Assembly: GCA_965197745.1 (NCBI GenBank)
Contig: CBDANS010000007.1
Span: 1,120,001 to 1,184,000 of the forward strand
DNA: 64,000 nt
Origin: Opitutales bacterium
GTDB taxonomy: Bacteria > Verrucomicrobiota > Verrucomicrobiia > Opitutales > PNEW01
Direction: 5' to 3'
How positions within the stretch are numbered: position 1 is the first letter of the stretch; each line of letters opens with the position of its first letter. The notes under the pieces are model-generated. The model was not told the origin of the DNA and ran no database searches. It was given only the letters and a program-made list of their open reading frames with translations. Position numbers and translations under genes: made by a program. Of the stretch, positions 60,547 through 64,000 are shown piece after piece.

Positions 60547-61457
60547 TACAGCATCTCCTGGATAAGAGCGTCTGCTTGTTCCTTGGTGATTCCGAGCTTG
60601 CGGTAGGCGAGGGGCCCTCCTTCTTCAAGAATGGGTTCCAAATCATTAAGGGTGGGCAGGTCGTTGCGCTTCCAGAATAGTCCGATAGGTATTTCTTCAC
60701 CCCACAGGTAGCCTTTGTCCAGGCAGGCATGGAAATCAGTGGGATCATGATCTTCTTCCTCTTCAAGGATTTTTACCCGTGGGTTAAACCATTTGAAAGT
60801 GTTGTCTTTATTGTAGGTTACACAGGGGCTGAAAACATCCACTAAAGAAAACCCTTTATGCGAAATGGCGTCCTTGAAAATTTCTATAAGGTGTTTCTGT
60901 TTACCGCTGTAACCGCGCGCCACGTAGGTAGCACCGCCGACAATCGCCATGGGTATTGGATTTATCGGGTTTTCGACATTACCATGCGGTGTGGATTTAG
61001 TTTTCATCCCTTTCTCACTGGTTGGTGAAACCTGGCCGGTGGTAAGACCGTATATCTGGTTGTCCATAACAATATAAGTCAGGTCCACGTTGCGGCGCAT
61101 GGTATGGACAAAGTGATTACCACCAATGCCATATCCATCACCGTCGCCGCCGGTTGCGATCACGGTCAATTCATGGTTAGCCAGCTTGGCCCCGGTCGCG
61201 ACCGCGAGACCACGTCCGTGCAAGGTATGCATTCCATAGGAATTAATAAAACCGGGAAGGTTGGAGGAACAACCGATGCCACTGACGACAAGGACCTGGT
61301 GCGGTAGGAGACCCAGCTCGACGAGCGCTTTTTTCAGCGCGGTGAGGACGGAAAAGTCGCCGCAACCTGGACACCAATCCGGAGCAATTTTGCCATCGTA
61401 GCTGTCTTTTTCTGGTTTAACTTCAGTTGTGGTAATGTTATTGGCTACTGTACTCAT
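60546..61457 (-). CDS. 2-oxoacid:ferredoxin oxidoreductase beta subunit
   Basis: WCPGCGD, SGIGCS, HTLHGR, GGDGD...N TPP motif, YGLTTGQ, SPCVTY. Confidence 0.95.
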   Translation of the reverse strand: MSTVANNITTTEVKPEKDSYDGKIAPDWCPGCGDFSVLTALKKALVELGLLPHQVLVVSGIGCSSNLPGFINSYGMHTLHGRGLAVATGAKLANHELTVIATGGDGDGYGIGGNHFVHTMRRNVDLTYIVMDNQIYGLTTGQVSPTSEKGMKTKSTPHGNVENPINPIPMAIVGGATYVARGYSGKQKHLIEIFKDAISHKGFSLVDVFSPCVTYNKDNTFKWFNPRVKILEEEEDHDPTDFHACLDKGYLWGEEIPIGLFWKRNDLPTLNDLEPILEEGGPLAYRKLGITKEQADALIQEML

Positions 61458-61469
61458 ACTTATAGGGGG

Positions 61470-63275
61470 TTATAAAATTAATTCGTGGACGGGAACCGAG
61501 TGCGTGGTTTTCCCTTCGAGTTGTTCTTTGACGGAATTAACAATGTGGTGCGGCATGAAGGGTTCACCATCGTATTTTCGAATAAAACCATCAGCGGAAA
61601 ATCCGGTTTCGGAACGGAGATAGCGCGCGAACTGGCCGCTGTAATTATTTTCTATGATAATAACCTTCTTAGCTGCAGAAAGAATACGGGTAATTTCATC
61701 GGCATGAAAGGGGACGATCCATTTGATGTTCAGTTGGCTTGCGACAATACCCTCTTCTCCCGCTAATTTTTCAACGGCCTCACGAATTACACCTTCGGTT
61801 GAGCCCCAACCCACCAGTGTGACTTCGGCAGTTTCCGGGCCTACCAGTTTCGGTGGTTCTAACTGTGCAAGGACCGTCTCCATTTTGCGTGCCCGTTTCT
61901 CAACCATCATCTGGCGCGTGTGGGGATTGGTAAATTCGTCACTGATGAGGACGCCCTCTTCGTCATGTTCGTCAGTGGAGGCGATATAGATGTGCCCCGG
62001 AACACCAGGGACTGCGCGTGGGGAAATACCGCTTTCGGTATTTTTGAAACGAAGATAAGTGCTGTCATTATAACCGCCAAAAGGATTATCTGCGCTTCCG
62101 TTTCCATCGGGAAAGATCATCTCTCCGCGATCAATCTCAACATTGAAATCAAGGTCATCAGGGTCGACACTGGCGGTCCCTTCCGAGATCAACAGATCGG
62201 AAAGGAGAAGACCCGGACACTGATACTTATCAGTTAAATTAAAAAGTTCGGGAATCGTTTTAAAAAGATCGAGATGACTGCTGGGCGCTACAATTATTTT
62301 TGGATAGTCGCCCTGTCCCGCGCCCAGAAATTGCCAGAGGTCACCTTGCTCTGTTTTGGTGGGAACTCCTGTTGCCGGTCCTGCCCGTTGCACATCGACA
62401 CAGACAATCGGGGTTTCGATCATGCCTGACATCCCTACGGCTTCGGACATGAGGGCAAATCCACCGCCCGAAGTGGCGCACATCGCTCGGCAACCCGCAT
62501 GGCCGGCACCGATTACCATGTTCATAACCCCTATTTCATCTTCTACCTGCCGCACCATAATGTCTAATTGACGGGCGTGCGAAGCCATATACATGAGCAC
62601 ACCGGTAGACGGGCTCATCGGATAAGCTGCATAAAACTTTACCCCTGCCGCAATTCCGCCTAAGGCAATGGCGTCATTTCCGGTCAGTACTGCCTGTCCC
62701 TTACCCACCACGGGCACTTTAAAGGGCAATGACTTAAAATTATCTGCCGCAAATTGATAGCCTGCCTTGGCTATATTTACGTTTGAGGCGACAACCTCGT
62801 CACCTTTTCTTTTAAATATTCGTTCTAAAGCATTTTCGAGGGGCTCAAATTCTATCCCGAGCATCTGTAAGGTGGCGGCGACAGCCACAGTATTTCCAGC
62901 CAGTCTATTTCCGGTGGTCAGTTCCTTAAGAGGCAAGGGGCATATTTGGACGCCCTCAGCTGCCGTGCCGGGCTTAATTTTATCCCCATCAAAGAGGACA
63001 ATGGCCCCTGTATTGAGATGCTTGAGGTGCCGGTCCATGGTATCCTGATTGAGCGGGATCATTATATCCCACTTATCTCCCATATTACGCACCGGTTTAT
63101 CACTGGCGCGAATGGTCAGAAAGGTATGCCCCCCCCGGATAAGGGACTGGTAGGAGTTATATGCGTTTAAATTAAGTCCACGCCGCGCAAAAATGCGTGC
63201 GAGTATATTTCCGGGTGTAGCGATACCTTGACCGGCGGCACCGCCTATGCCGACTGCAAAATCAATATTTGCCAT
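61470..63275 (-). CDS. 2-oxoacid:ferredoxin oxidoreductase alpha subunit (gamma-alpha fusion)
   Basis: GGAAGQG, IRGGH, YPMSP, EDEI, ATSGGGF, QRAGPATGVPT, GWGST, IENN. Confidence 0.95.
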   Translation of the reverse strand: MANIDFAVGIGGAAGQGIATPGNILARIFARRGLNLNAYNSYQSLIRGGHTFLTIRASDKPVRNMGDKWDIMIPLNQDTMDRHLKHLNTGAIVLFDGDKIKPGTAAEGVQICPLPLKELTTGNRLAGNTVAVAATLQMLGIEFEPLENALERIFKRKGDEVVASNVNIAKAGYQFAADNFKSLPFKVPVVGKGQAVLTGNDAIALGGIAAGVKFYAAYPMSPSTGVLMYMASHARQLDIMVRQVEDEIGVMNMVIGAGHAGCRAMCATSGGGFALMSEAVGMSGMIETPIVCVDVQRAGPATGVPTKTEQGDLWQFLGAGQGDYPKIIVAPSSHLDLFKTIPELFNLTDKYQCPGLLLSDLLISEGTASVDPDDLDFNVEIDRGEMIFPDGNGSADNPFGGYNDSTYLRFKNTESGISPRAVPGVPGHIYIASTDEHDEEGVLISDEFTNPHTRQMMVEKRARKMETVLAQLEPPKLVGPETAEVTLVGWGSTEGVIREAVEKLAGEEGIVASQLNIKWIVPFHADEITRILSAAKKVIIIENNYSGQFARYLRSETGFSADGFIRKYDGEPFMPHHIVNSVKEQLEGKTTHSVPVHELIL

Positions 63276-63619
63276 AATGAGTTAATAGAGAGAATTCACA
63301 TCCGACCTGCCATTATCCTGGCAGAACAGAAAAAGAGATTGGTTTAGTAATAATAATTATTTTCGGTACTGTCGACTAGATCAATGAAAAAAATCTATAT
63401 TAGCAAATTTGAGCAAGAGAGAGAAAATAAAGGGGGTTTACCCGATAATTAATTTATTTTTATATTCAGAACTATTTGTTATATCATAATATAAGATAAG
63501 TTTCATATTTTGAAAGAATAGGCATTATTATAATCAGGAGTGCACCCAATGAGATTAATATGAAAGCGGTTGAAATTGATTTTTGCAAAAATACGATAGC
63601 TGAATTATAGAAAGTCCAA

Positions 63620-63967
63620 ATGAAAAATTCATTAAAAGGAGCACTTACTTCGGGGTTGATATTTCCAGGTTTGGGACAGATCCTTCTTAAACAGTATTTG
63701 CGGGGTATTTCCATCGCCCTTTTGACTGTTATTGGAATAATAGTTTTTGTCATCAATGCGGTTGAACAAGCCTTTATCATTCTCGAAAAGATTGAAGCCG
63801 GGGGTGGGGCTTACGACATGAATGCGATATTAAATGCCGCCTCAGAAGCGTCTACATCTTCTGCCAGTAATATTATGAATCTCACTTTGTTGTTTATACT
63901 TCTCTGCTGGGTTGGTGGGACTGTTGATGCCTTCATTCAAGGCAGGAAAAAGGACCTGCAAGGTTGA
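63620..63967 (+). CDS. Hypothetical membrane protein
   Basis: ALTSGLIFPGLGQ..L...RG motif, TM helices, W..GTVDAF end. Confidence 0.75.
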   Translation: MKNSLKGALTSGLIFPGLGQILLKQYLRGISIALLTVIGIIVFVINAVEQAFIILEKIEAGGGAYDMNAILNAASEASTSSASNIMNLTLLFILLCWVGGTVDAFIQGRKKDLQG

Positions 63968-64000
63968 GGGGTTAATTATAAACTATAAAGGTATGCAATA

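Noticed and set aside
63484..63780. 98-aa minus-strand ORF
   Set aside because: It overlaps the better-supported plus-strand membrane protein 63620-63967 and has no motif.

Overview
A 64 kb core-plus-accessory chromosomal segment of a bacterium. It is most likely a Verrucomicrobiota (Opitutales-like) lineage, inferred from the fused lpxC-fabZ upstream of lpxA, the PVC-type L28, the atypical EF-P and the Opitutae-style prepilin trio. Housekeeping genes are aspS, efp, rpmB, gpmA, pdxJ, sodA, msrA, amtB-glnK with a sigma-54 promoter, 2-oxoacid:ferredoxin oxidoreductase alpha/beta, tRNA-Ala(GGC) and tRNA-Arg(TCT). Accessory metabolism includes an arsS-arsM-PiT arsenic cluster with a separate arsC, dgcN-dgcA D-glutamate genes, three PhyH-type dioxygenases, SDR/AKR/Zn dehydrogenases and GNATs. 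There is also a type IV pilin region with stand-alone receiver domains and signs of decay, and an S55-peptidase/beta-propeller pair. No integrase, intact transposase or CRISPR array was seen. The intergenic DNA between convergent genes carries several interleaved palindromic repeat families. One is a GGAG-footed REP with compensatory base changes (8 copies), and another is a TGTCATTGCGAG element that in one copy still holds a GIY-YIG nuclease C-terminal remnant. The main leads are the Cys-loop PiT in the arsenosugar operon, an in-frame TGA with a possible SECIS in a DUF2961 gene, the circularly permuted S55 protease module, a secreted stand-alone SAM-halogenase C-terminal domain and the nested repeat elements. 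All family calls come from motif recognition, not database searches.
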